Assembly: GCA_011526375.1 (NCBI GenBank)
Contig: WTIT01000151.1
Coordinates: forward strand, 42,130-106,129
DNA: 64,000 nt
Source: Methanobacteriota archaeon
Lineage (GTDB): Archaea > Thermoplasmatota > Poseidoniia > Poseidoniales > Poseidoniaceae
Direction of reading: 5' to 3'
Positions within the stretch are counted from its first letter, which is position 1, and the number at the start of each line of letters is the position of its first letter. The notes under the pieces are model-generated. The model saw nothing but the letters and a program-made list of their open reading frames with translations. It did no database searches and had not been told where the DNA came from. The position numbers and the translations under genes are program-made. This document shows, piece after piece, positions 30,064 to 40,200 of this stretch.

Positions 30064-30471
30064 ATGAGTGAACTAATCGATAAAATGAATGCTGCATTAG
30101 GCTGGGAGTTAAGAGCAATAAACATGTACGCACACTATTCTGCAAATGTAAAAGGAATTCATCGCTTACAACTTTCACCAATGTTCAATACTGAAATGAC
30201 AGAGTCAATTGACCATGCGGATATTGTTCGCAAAGGAATAGTTCAGCTGGGCGGCATTCCAGTTACTGAAAGAAGCACACACCCAATCACCCACACAACC
30301 GACTATGTTGAAATGCTAAATTACGCTCTCGAAACAGAAATCAAAGCATCTGAAGTCTACGCTGAGTTACTTCCTCTGATCGACCAAACTGATGATTTGT
30401 ATGATTCTATTGAACAAATCTATCTTTCTGAACTCAAAAGCGTGGAAGAAATGAGATTGTTAGTAGGATAA
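30064..30471 (+). CDS. Bacterioferritin-like ferritin-fold protein (short, 135 aa)
   Basis: NAALGWELRAINMYAHYS...ESIDHADIVRKGIVQLGGIP parallels E. coli Bfr (LGNELVAINQYFLHAR...ESIDEMKHADRYIERI). Confidence 0.6.
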   Translation: MSELIDKMNAALGWELRAINMYAHYSANVKGIHRLQLSPMFNTEMTESIDHADIVRKGIVQLGGIPVTERSTHPITHTTDYVEMLNYALETEIKASEVYAELLPLIDQTDDLYDSIEQIYLSELKSVEEMRLLVG

Positions 30472-30472
30472 A

Positions 30473-31156
30473 CTAACCGTGATATCTCACTCTTGACCTC
30501 ACATCATCAAGCCGCTTCAGGACTTCTTTTGCTGCCGGCGGCTTGCCTCCAGAGAGTTCTTCAGTAGGTCCAAGATTATCATCACACATACGATATCCTT
30601 CCAAGAACACATCTATTGCATTGTCAACATTTGGATGAGATGCACCTAATATTTCATCCATAACGTGTAGGTCTATACCAAATCTCTCAACCTCATATTC
30701 AACAGCTGACAAACCAAAATCAATCAACGCTGCATTGCAGTCATTATCAATCAAGATATTGTTTGTTGACAAATCACCATGCGTAACTGCCAATCTGTGT
30801 AACATTCTTACGGCAGTTCCAGTATTGAAAAGTGCCTTTTGAATTTGCTCTGTAGTCATTGAATCATCTCTTAATACTTCGATTAACGGCTTTCCATCGA
30901 TTTTTTCCATTACTATGCGTCCATTATCCAAATCGACATCCCAAATAGCCGGAACTGGTAATCCAGAACCCTTTAGGCGAATCAAAATTCTAGCCTCGCT
31001 GAGCATCCTACGATAACCAAGCCGTTTCTCTAAATCAGGGTGGCGCCATGCACGATCACGTCGTAGCTTTCTTACCGCTGGTTTACCCATCCAATGGCCA
31101 GACCAAACTTCTGCCTCGGCGCCCAAATGAAGCCTAGCGTCGGGTAAGAAGACCAT
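30473..31156 (-). CDS. Bud32/TP53RK-type serine/threonine kinase (KEOPS subunit)
   Basis: HGDLSTNNILI catalytic loop, DFGLS and a size of ~225 aa. Confidence 0.75.
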   Translation of the reverse strand: MVFLPDARLHLGAEAEVWSGHWMGKPAVRKLRRDRAWRHPDLEKRLGYRRMLSEARILIRLKGSGLPVPAIWDVDLDNGRIVMEKIDGKPLIEVLRDDSMTTEQIQKALFNTGTAVRMLHRLAVTHGDLSTNNILIDNDCNAALIDFGLSAVEYEVERFGIDLHVMDEILGASHPNVDNAIDVFLEGYRMCDDNLGPTEELSGGKPPAAKEVLKRLDDVRSRVRYHG

Positions 31157-31288
31157 GATGAGGGCTTACATGCCCTCATTTATTTACATCTCGGAATCAC
31201 AATTCTTGAAAAGGAGCATCTTTTCGGTTGTATGAGGCACATGACCATTACCTTGCCAATGTGTTCTATTGATTTCATGGACACATCC

Positions 31289-32395
31289 ATGTCTCCTGAA
31301 GAGCAGGCAATTGCCGACAGGATTACCGAACTTCGACAAGAACTAGGCTCAAGGCTAATGATTTTGGGACATCACTATCAAAGAGATAGCATCGTAATGC
31401 ACGCTGATTTCATTGGTGACTCATTTATGTTAAGTCAAAAAGCAGCAGATTCTGATGCTGAGTTTATCGTATTCTGTGGTGTCCACTTCATGGCCGAATC
31501 GGCTGACATATTGACCGATGATGATCAATCAGTAATCCTGCCGAACCTCCGAGCAGGCTGTTCAATGGCAGATATGGCAAATCTTCCAGATGTAGAAAGT
31601 GCCTGGAGCGAAATTCTTGCTGAAACTGGGTTGAATGATCCAATAAACCGACAATCTCCTGGAGATATTCCAAATGATGGAAAATCATACTTAATTCCAG
31701 TCACATACATGAATAGCAGTGCAGATTTGAAGGATTTTGTCGGCCGACACGGAGGGATTGTATGTACTTCATCCAACGCCACAGGAATCCTAAGTTGGGC
31801 CTTTGATAGAGCCGGCGCGGACGGCGCTGTCCTGTTCTTTCCCGATCAGCATCTTGGACGAAATACCGGACTTTCAATGGGTATTTCCGAGGATAAAATG
31901 CCAACATGGGTGCCAAAGATAGGTTCCGATAGGGCTTTGACTGGTGCAAAAATAATCCTATGGCACGGTTTCTGTTCAGTTCACAAAAGATTCACGGTTG
32001 AGCAAGTGAAGCTCTTTAGGGAAAAATACCCCGATGGCCTAGTTGTTGTGCATCCAGAATGTCCCAAAGAAACTGTAGAGGTTAGTGATGCTAACGGCTC
32101 TACTCAATTCATCAAAAATTATGTTGAAAATTTGCCAAGCGGTAGTAAAGTTGCTATTGGTACTGAGATAAATATGGTTGCTAGATTAGCAGACTCTCAT
32201 CCCGACAAGCACATTGAATGTCTTGATGATAAAATCTGTCCATGCTCAACAATGTATATGATTCATCCTGCATACCTAATGGATGTTTTAGAAAAATTGG
32301 TTGACGGAGAAATACCCAACCAAATCATCGTCTCAAAAGAAGTACAAGAAGGGTCCTTACTTGCACTTGAAAGAATGTTGAGTATCAAGCAATAG
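31289..32395 (+). CDS. nadA: Quinolinate synthase NadA
   Basis: ILGHHYQ, VHPECP, and the IVFCGVHFMAE motif. The start was set at MSPEEQ. Confidence 0.85.
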   Translation: MSPEEQAIADRITELRQELGSRLMILGHHYQRDSIVMHADFIGDSFMLSQKAADSDAEFIVFCGVHFMAESADILTDDDQSVILPNLRAGCSMADMANLPDVESAWSEILAETGLNDPINRQSPGDIPNDGKSYLIPVTYMNSSADLKDFVGRHGGIVCTSSNATGILSWAFDRAGADGAVLFFPDQHLGRNTGLSMGISEDKMPTWVPKIGSDRALTGAKIILWHGFCSVHKRFTVEQVKLFREKYPDGLVVVHPECPKETVEVSDANGSTQFIKNYVENLPSGSKVAIGTEINMVARLADSHPDKHIECLDDKICPCSTMYMIHPAYLMDVLEKLVDGEIPNQIIVSKEVQEGSLLALERMLSIKQ

Positions 32396-32396
32396 A

Positions 32397-34502
32397 CTAC
32401 TCTTCTTCAGCATAAATCAATGATGACTTTGCTTCATTTTGCTTTTGATTAATGTACACAAACACCAATATTATACCGATTACTGACGCTATTTGCAAAA
32501 CAGTATTTGAGTAGGATTTCAACTCAGGCTCCCAAGAATGTACTTGAATTAGGATGCTATCCTCTGATTGTTCCAAGTAGATTAAATGGTCCTCAAGAAC
32601 GATAGGGCCCCATTGATCAACCTCGTCTGCAGTCAAAACATGCGTGAAATTATCTGATAATGACATGTACAAAATTTCTCCATCATAATATTCCTCAATA
32701 GGGCTAGTTGGATTGAGATGGTCTTTCATCACCCAAGCCACCACGCCGTCTCTTATCGATGGGTCGTACGATGAATACTTACTATCGCCAAGTAATCTTT
32801 GCTCACCACTAACTCGGTCAACGAGGACTAACCTATCTACTGCTGATACATTGACATTGACTAGGAGATGTGTTCGGTCGAAAACAAAATCAATTATTGT
32901 TGAGTTTTCGATGTCTACTGGAGTCCCCCAATCTGCAAGCACTTGCTCATCCTCTTCACTAGCAGAAGCATTGATTGTATATGTCAATGAGCCATCTACC
33001 TCGATATTACTAACATATACTTTCGAGGGTTCATCATCTACCAAGAAAGCGAAATCATTGCCTTGACATTTAACAAAGGAAATTTGACTATTTTGAATAG
33101 ATAAATCGATAATTTCGCCTGATAAGTACTCCGCAGATAATTCACCCGCTGATAAAGTCATTAGAACATAATCTTCTCCGACATTACATAACTCGACTTG
33201 ATCGATATTCTGCATTGATTTTTGGAAGTAAATTACATTCGGTTGTGCTGTATCAACCACATAGAGAACAGTATCATTGGCCATGACTAATTTATCACCA
33301 GTCAATTCATATTTCGAATCCACGCTAAGGTTTGGCTGTACTACCTCAATGCCATCATCATCTAATTCTGATAAATCATATAATTTCAGTAATCTACCGT
33401 CCTCTGAGGTGTTATCAATAGTCGCAAGCCAACCATCCGCACCAGCAGCACCGTCTGGTGCTTCCACACCTTTGGCGGATAGTGACTGATGGGTAAGGTC
33501 CCAAGTAATTACTGAAGCAACTACTAAGAGAACTATCACCGAAAGAATACCAGTTTCACGAGACGTTGGTTTAGCAAATTTTTTACCGGTTTTCACCACT
33601 TTACCAGCAACAAAATTGTATGCTTTTCTTGGATTTGTCAAAACGGTAACTAATCTCGCATTTATTGTTCTCTCATCTAAAATATTCCAGACTGGTTTTG
33701 ATGTTTTATCTGCCAAATTTACCGCAATGGATGCAACAATCATACCACCGGCGATATCAAGAATCCAATGTATTCCAAGATAGATAATTGTGAAAGCTGT
33801 AAGTATGACATAGGCAAAAACGATTTTGCGGTACAAAGCCCACCTTTCATCGTGATCAAAACGCTTGATACAAAGCCACACAGCATAAGGAATACCAATG
33901 TGTAAAGATGGCATACAATTAGTGAATGGGTCTATTCTTCGGAACCAATCTGATATTTCTGGATTCAAAGAATAGGCTAAAGTTTCCATCTCCGGAATGT
34001 AAGCACCTGTAACTCTAACATTGAAGAATAGGTAAAACGGCACGGCCATGATATAGACCCAAGCAATTGTCAGCGTGACTCTGTCAGCCATCCAGCGGTC
34101 ATCAAAATATGCAAAATAGAATACGGAAACATAACAAATGAACATAAAACCTGCAACATAAAAATGAGTTAGCATGACAGTTAGCCACTCCGCCTCGAAA
34201 TATTGTTGCACATGCAGAACCAAATTACCTTCAATTGCATAAATCCACGGAGTCATATCAAGGCCAGTACTGGCCATCAAAATTCTGTCAACTTCGTCCA
34301 AACCATCCTTGGCATTGTAAATCATGAACAGGATTAGTACGTGTATCCAGTATCTTCGGAAAAAATCAACAAACGTGGTAAGTCTCAACTCCATCCATTT
34401 TGGCTTGAAGACGGGCAAAAGAATGACACCAAGAGCAAGTGCGCTAATCATCCAAGTGAGATATACACCTTGCATAATACAGTCACTCCAAAATGGCGTC
34501 AA
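32397..34502 (-). CDS. Integral membrane PAP2-family phosphatase/phosphotransferase fused to a large extracytoplasmic beta-propeller-like domain with a C-terminal TM anchor
   Basis: PAP2 motifs PSLH (the PSGH equivalent) and HWILD (HxxxD) lie in the N-terminal polytopic region. The ~400-aa hydrophilic domain is followed by a final TM. Confidence 0.5.
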   Translation of the reverse strand: MTPFWSDCIMQGVYLTWMISALALGVILLPVFKPKWMELRLTTFVDFFRRYWIHVLILFMIYNAKDGLDEVDRILMASTGLDMTPWIYAIEGNLVLHVQQYFEAEWLTVMLTHFYVAGFMFICYVSVFYFAYFDDRWMADRVTLTIAWVYIMAVPFYLFFNVRVTGAYIPEMETLAYSLNPEISDWFRRIDPFTNCMPSLHIGIPYAVWLCIKRFDHDERWALYRKIVFAYVILTAFTIIYLGIHWILDIAGGMIVASIAVNLADKTSKPVWNILDERTINARLVTVLTNPRKAYNFVAGKVVKTGKKFAKPTSRETGILSVIVLLVVASVITWDLTHQSLSAKGVEAPDGAAGADGWLATIDNTSEDGRLLKLYDLSELDDDGIEVVQPNLSVDSKYELTGDKLVMANDTVLYVVDTAQPNVIYFQKSMQNIDQVELCNVGEDYVLMTLSAGELSAEYLSGEIIDLSIQNSQISFVKCQGNDFAFLVDDEPSKVYVSNIEVDGSLTYTINASASEEDEQVLADWGTPVDIENSTIIDFVFDRTHLLVNVNVSAVDRLVLVDRVSGEQRLLGDSKYSSYDPSIRDGVVAWVMKDHLNPTSPIEEYYDGEILYMSLSDNFTHVLTADEVDQWGPIVLEDHLIYLEQSEDSILIQVHSWEPELKSYSNTVLQIASVIGIILVFVYINQKQNEAKSSLIYAEEE

Positions 34503-34557
34503 GACGATTATACATCAAACCCTCGCCTTCTGATGGCAAAAAATATCCATTACAACG

Positions 34558-34908
34558 TTACCATGCACCATGGACGTAGGAGCGACCGTCATCTGGGTCT
34601 TGATTATTGGCCAGCGCCCAAATTCTTTCGAAGCGGTAGATGCCACTTGAACACCCTTGATCCCATTCAAATGCAAGAGCATACTTCCCAACTGTGCGCA
34701 CTTTTGGTTTCTCAGCCGGCATTGCCTCGACTTGTCGTCGTAGAGATTTGCTAGTTTCATCCTCATTCCTAAGAGGTGCGCATTTAGCACACGGGCAAGC
34801 GTGCCGTAAATCGTCATAACTAACGGTGAATTCACCACCGTCTGAGTATGTCAAACTCATGTTTGTATCATGGCGTTCTAATCTAGTTAATTCTGGCATT
34901 TCTGACAT
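34558..34908 (-). CDS. DUF971 domain protein
   Basis: The CPCAKC motif and ~115 aa size. It lies immediately downstream of apbC/mrp, as is common. Confidence 0.6.
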   Translation of the reverse strand: MSEMPELTRLERHDTNMSLTYSDGGEFTVSYDDLRHACPCAKCAPLRNEDETSKSLRRQVEAMPAEKPKVRTVGKYALAFEWDQGCSSGIYRFERIWALANNQDPDDGRSYVHGAW

Positions 34909-34917
34909 GATATTGCC

Positions 34918-35943
34918 TCAGATAATTTCCAATCCTTGACCTTCTGACGTCCCGATTTGAGATTTGATAGCTTCAACCACTTTGGCAAAAGCAATAGCAG
35001 ATGCCCCTTCTGGTTCACTGACAATCCGATGTACACCATCATCTCCACCTCGAACAAAACCAGGATCGAACGGTAATTCACCAAGGAATGGAACGCCAAA
35101 CTCATTTGCTGTCGATTTACCACCGCCCTGTTTGAATATGTCCAAAGTCACATTGAAGTTGCCATCTTTGTCAGAAGTGACCTTGTGCTTCTTACCCCCT
35201 GGGCCGGCAATTTCGAGACTAACTTCAGGACTGGTTGTTCCAGAAATTGTATATCCACTCATGTTTTCAACGACTCCAAGAACTGGTACCTTTAGAGACT
35301 CTGAGAAAGTTATCGATTTTCTACTGTCTAATAGCGCAACATCTTGTGGCGTAGTTACAATGACCATTCCGTCAATATCTGGTAAAGATTGTGCAACTGT
35401 CAGCGGTTCGTCTGAGGTACCTGGTGGGAAATCAATTACTAGATAATCGAGTTCTCCCCATTCTACATCCCCAATGAATTGTTGAATTGCCCCAAGTTTG
35501 ATTGGACCTCGCCAAACAACCGGAGTATCTTCATCCTCTAGTAAAAATGCCATTGAAATTACTTTGACACCAAGGTGGCCTTGTGCGGGGTGAATCCTGC
35601 CTTGCTCAACATGCAAACGCTTGCCATCTAGACCCATCATTTTTGGAACGTTCGGGCCGGTTATATCGATGTCGAGGATTCCCACAGTATGCCCTTGCTG
35701 AGCGAGTGACAGTGCCAAGCCAGTTGAAACTGTAGACTTGCCAACTCCTCCTTTTCCAGAAAGAACCATGATTTTATGTTTGATTTTTTTACCAATTTCT
35801 TGCATGGCCATCTTACGCTTCATGTTAGCATAAGCGCTTTCCATTTGCTTCTGCTGTTGAGCGCTTGGACCATCTGTTGATTCTCCCCCTTTTGGGTCAT
35901 GGGTTGATACCGGTGAATCGGACATGATTTTTCCAATTAACAA
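34918..35943 (-). CDS. apbC: Fe-S cluster carrier ATPase ApbC/Mrp/NBP35
   Basis: Deviant Walker A LSGKGGVGKST and the CxxC region. Confidence 0.85.
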   Translation of the reverse strand: MLIGKIMSDSPVSTHDPKGGESTDGPSAQQQKQMESAYANMKRKMAMQEIGKKIKHKIMVLSGKGGVGKSTVSTGLALSLAQQGHTVGILDIDITGPNVPKMMGLDGKRLHVEQGRIHPAQGHLGVKVISMAFLLEDEDTPVVWRGPIKLGAIQQFIGDVEWGELDYLVIDFPPGTSDEPLTVAQSLPDIDGMVIVTTPQDVALLDSRKSITFSESLKVPVLGVVENMSGYTISGTTSPEVSLEIAGPGGKKHKVTSDKDGNFNVTLDIFKQGGGKSTANEFGVPFLGELPFDPGFVRGGDDGVHRIVSEPEGASAIAFAKVVEAIKSQIGTSEGQGLEII

Positions 35944-35945
35944 TC

Positions 35946-36305
35946 CTACTTCAACCCATAGGTATCTCCCATAGGACTCAATCTTATCATATTATGAATT
36001 AGTAACGATACTATTGGAAAAATGATTAGTTCAATTCCAGTTGACATATCATTATACGCCCATCCAAGACCTACGCATATTGGCACCGATATGACAAGCC
36101 CAAAATGAAACACAAATTTGTAATTCTTTCTTGTTGGCTCCAAAATTACGCAAACTGCGCCACAAAACAACGACATAATTGTGATTATTATGGCTACTAA
36201 CTGAAAGAAAAAGTCTAGATTATTTGCGGCAAAAAAAATGTGTAACACGAACAAAACACTGAACAGTAAAGCGTACAGGGACAAGCTTCGATAACGAAGT
36301 AGCAT
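35946..36305 (-). CDS. Small polytopic membrane protein, unknown function
   Basis: Four predicted TMs. The assignment rests on the ORF only. Confidence 0.3.
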   Translation of the reverse strand: MLLRYRSLSLYALLFSVLFVLHIFFAANNLDFFFQLVAIIITIMSLFCGAVCVILEPTRKNYKFVFHFGLVISVPICVGLGWAYNDMSTGIELIIFPIVSLLIHNMIRLSPMGDTYGLK

Positions 36306-36347
36306 TAGTGTATCAATTATCGGAAAGCAATCACTGACATAATGCTA

Positions 36348-36363
36348 CCTATTTCTAAATAGG
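36348..36363. promoter_or_regulatory. Palindrome CCTATTT-CT-AAATAGG upstream of the arsC-like gene, followed by a TCTAAATA direct repeat (candidate operator and TATA region)
   Basis: Perfect 7-bp inverted arms ~40 bp upstream of the ATG at 36399. The CTAAATA at ~36369 sits about -27 from the ATG, which would suit a leaderless transcript. Confidence 0.3.
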
Positions 36364-36398
36364 AATAGTCTAAATAACCCGAATTATCATTACAACAC

Positions 36399-36758
36399 AT
36401 GAGAATTTTGTTCGTCTGTGTCGGCAATTCATGTCGGTCTCAAATGGCTGAAGGAATTGCTAGATTGCACGGTCATGATGCGCATTCTGCTGGAACTCAC
36501 CCCGCAAATAAAATATCATCGCATGCGCTTACAATTCTTACAAACATGGGCCATGACACTTCAGCTATGAGTCCTAAGAATCTAGATCAATTCAACCCTA
36601 GTGAATTTGACCAAGTGATTTCTATGGGCTGCGGAGTTCAATGCCCTGCAATAAAACTAGATGACGATTGGGAATTAGAAGATCCTGTAGGCCAGTCGTT
36701 TGAAGTGTTTGAGCAAACAGCAAAAGAAATTGAGCGAAGGATAATGCTACTCAAATAA
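36399..36758 (+). CDS. Low-molecular-weight phosphatase family protein, ArsC-type arsenate reductase-like
   Basis: P-loop CVGNSCRSQMAE (Cx5R) plus downstream cysteines in MGCGVQCP. Confidence 0.65.
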   Translation: MRILFVCVGNSCRSQMAEGIARLHGHDAHSAGTHPANKISSHALTILTNMGHDTSAMSPKNLDQFNPSEFDQVISMGCGVQCPAIKLDDDWELEDPVGQSFEVFEQTAKEIERRIMLLK

Positions 36759-37082
36759 CTACTCTTCTTCTCTCTCTGGTAAATCGCCGTGCCCATCTAA
36801 CTCTATTCTTAGGACACTCACTGTTCTGTCTCTACCATCCTCAGATGGGATTACTTCACTTTCACAAGTGATCTCACCAATGACTACCTCTTCAGGAAGG
36901 CTTTGAGCAATAATGCCGTTTCTTCTACGGCATACCTCTGCTACGTCAACTGCTCTGCCGATTGTGGCTCCGCGAGCAACTAGTTCCAGGTTGCGGTCAC
37001 CCGATTCCATTGCCATAACTACTGCTCTAACATATGCGTGTAATGGTTTCTTGCCGATGAAAATTGTCCGTCTGTCTGTCAT
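36759..37082 (-). CDS. albA: DNA/RNA-binding protein Alba
   Basis: TIFIGKKPLHAYVRAVV...ELVARGATIGRAVDVAEV parallels Sso10b. The start was set at the internal Met. Confidence 0.8.
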   Translation of the reverse strand: MTDRRTIFIGKKPLHAYVRAVVMAMESGDRNLELVARGATIGRAVDVAEVCRRRNGIIAQSLPEEVVIGEITCESEVIPSEDGRDRTVSVLRIELDGHGDLPEREEE

Positions 37083-37146
37083 GCTTAACCCTAGCATGCT
37101 ATTAGCGTTCAACGGTTAAATGTTACTTTTGCTAATTATGACGATT

Positions 37147-37221
37147 TGGTGCGAGCGCCGGGACTCGAACCCGGGTTCAGGCGTTGGCAACGCCCGGTGA
37201 TAACCACTACACTACGCTCGC
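37147..37221 (-). tRNA. tRNA-Gly (anticodon GCC), with encoded CCA
   Basis: Minus-strand cloverleaf: acceptor GCGAGCG/CGCTCGC, anticodon stem GGGCG/CGCCT, loop TTGCCAA, T-arm CCGGG-TTCGAGT-CCCGG, discriminator A then CCA. Confidence 0.85.
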
Positions 37222-37271
37222 TAGGTAGCCATCCCACCTAACGGAGGTATAAACCGTTATCGGAAATTTAC

Positions 37272-40200
37272 TTACTCAAAACCAAACCTGTCTTCAAGGT
37301 ATTCCTTGTCCTTACCTTTTCGCAGTAAAAAGAAGACTGAGACGCCCGCAATTATTGTAAAACCAAGCAAAATGACTGCGAGTACCGTGGTAGAAATTGA
37401 ATCGCTGTCTAAACTAGGTACAACACTAGTCTCTTCTTGGACAACAATAGAAACAGGAGTTATTGGAGTTGCAACATCGAAACTATCGATAGCTTGGATT
37501 TGAATTTCATGAGTTCCTAACGGTGTGCTTGTTCGCAGTGACAACTCAACTGAGTATATCCCATCCCCTGGAGTTACATCTCCATTGATACCGTTGTCAT
37601 TCATTGTCACCCAACCAGTTTGGGCTCCCAAAGGAGCAAAGACGCCAAGGTTGGCTCTTGCGTTGGTAATTCCGTCGGAATCAAAAATCTCTACTTCGAA
37701 GACAACCGTGGTTGAAACATCTTGTCTAGCGAATGACACTAATTCAGGCAGTGTGAATGTAGGTGGGGAATTCTCAACCGTGATAGAAATCGGTATTGCT
37801 TCATCATCAGGTATGAAGTGTGGTCCATATGAGTGGAATTCATTTCTTTCTCCATTCAACCATACATTAGTCACTCCTACTTTGCCTAGACCGTCTACAG
37901 TTACAAACCTCAATTCTTGGACACCGGGAGACATCCCTTCAGGCACTGTCATCATTGTACTCCAAACTCCGGAATTATCTGCCAACTCAATTAGTTCACC
38001 ACCATACTCACGCAAATCTAGACTGATATTTGACACTCCGTGGCCATCATATGCCTCGATGTTGATTACCATATTAGTGCCTCTTGGCCCTTCATCTGGT
38101 AGTATTTCAGCTCCAATAAGCCGCGGTGCTTGATTAGCAACAACAATCTGGCTTGTGTAAGTACTAATCACATCAAACGAATCTCTTGCTTCTACGGTTA
38201 AACTGAAATTACCGACTTGTAATCCTGGAACAATTATTCGTGTTGAAAATTTATCATCTCCGATAACTGAATCTCCATCAATACCTCGGTCATTCATCTC
38301 TACAAGTGCCCCACCAATTGAAGTCAAGTCCACGGTAACAGACTCGAGGTTCCAATCGATATCGCTAATTTCTGCAATCAGAGTTGCAACACTACCGCCC
38401 TCACTCACAACTAGTCCTTCCAACAGTGACAGACTGGTAATAATTGGTGCTGAATTTTCTTCAGCGGTAACTACAGAAGGTGAGATCACTCTGGTTAATA
38501 ACTGAGTTTCAGTAAAGTTAGCGATGTAGCCATCTTCACCGAATGGAACGGATAATACTCTTGATACGCTAGAGATTAAACCTTTCAGCGGACCTTCATC
38601 GATTATTGCTCCAGTAGCTGTACCAGCATCATCTCCCTCGTAGATTCCAGACCATGTTACAACATGGAAATTATGCCCATCCCTTGGATCGTTGGCTAAA
38701 GTTTCTGCTGTCACTACTAAGGTGAGTCCATCTTGCCCATCAAGCCTAATTACATCGCCTGGATGCATTGGTATCGGCATCAAACCGGTCTCTCTACTGA
38801 TTGTCAAATTGCCCAATGCTTCTTCATATTCTGGAGGTTCTGCTGTTTGCTCAATTGGGCTTCGCTCTGGATATTCTTCACCGCTTGAAGAATCCGCTCC
38901 CGTCTCTTCCCATACTAAGCGAACAGTACGGTTTTTCCAATCTGAATATATTACTTGATAATCCCAAGTTTGGTTGTGCGTGGCGCCAATTCCAGCGCCG
39001 TCAAAGAAGTTGCCTCCATTCACACCAGTAAGATTGAACCAAGACTCTTCATGGATGACATTCACTGGGAATTCAACTCCAGTGGCATTTGCTTGGGTTC
39101 CAGTTAACTCAATTCCCCTAACTACGCCAAAATTTCCTTGAACATCTCCGGTGATATCGCCATCGATGTGAACATCATCAATCATAGTTATGCCTTGTTC
39201 TGTCTTGGTATGAAAATCATATATTGTTCCATTAACTGATATTGAAGACTCGTTATCGCTTTCAGAGAAGCCAAATGTTCCTGAACCTACAAACTCCTCA
39301 AGTTGGTTTGTTCTCACACCATCAATCCAAGTCTCTTCGGAATTCAAAGTATTGAGGTCTATATCTAACCTTGTACCATCATCGATAACTATCATCTGTG
39401 CTATGGCCTCAAATCTTTGATCGTAATACCGTCGAACACCATCTTCGTCCCAGGTTTCAAGATAAAAGACACCAATATCTCCATCCACTGTTGTTGAGGA
39501 ATTATCATCTTCTACGGTGGATATATTCAGTACTCCATTGGCATCTATTTTCAGACGTTCTGAGATAACCTGATCGATATTCGAGCGATTTAATTCAGCG
39601 TTGGTTACATCGACAAAAATAGAGGTCGAAAGGTCGTCCTCGACGGCAATTACGTGTAGTGTTCCTGAACCAATCGCTTCAAAAATTTGCGCCGTTAAGA
39701 TACCATTTACAATAGTTTCATTCTTCCAAATAGACTCTAAATCTAAGCTAAGGTTATTGCTTCCTGCCTCCGTAGATTCAACGAAAATAACACTACCATT
39801 GCCCAATTCCCAAGATTCTACTGTATTGCCAATTCGTTGTTGCCAGCCCTGACCAAGAAAGTCTAGTTCGAATCCTTGTGGTCCAAAGGAATTGTTGTAT
39901 GTTTGGTCCAAGTTCCAAGTTGTTTCAAGCATTATCTCATGGTCATCCATAGGTTGATTCCAAGTTCCAACCTCAAACTCCCTTTCGACCAACAGCGAAT
40001 TTTCTAGTTCTTGCCCGGCATAATGTGTGATTGAGACTGTAACTGTTACTATATCACCCCATTCAATAGTGGTGTTAAGCTCAATATCCAAGACTCTTAA
40101 TCCATCGATTAAATCCCAAGATTGGAATATATCGCTGTCTAGGACTAGTCCATTTCTGTTGTGTTCTACATTGATTGTTGCTTGATATGATTCGCCATCA

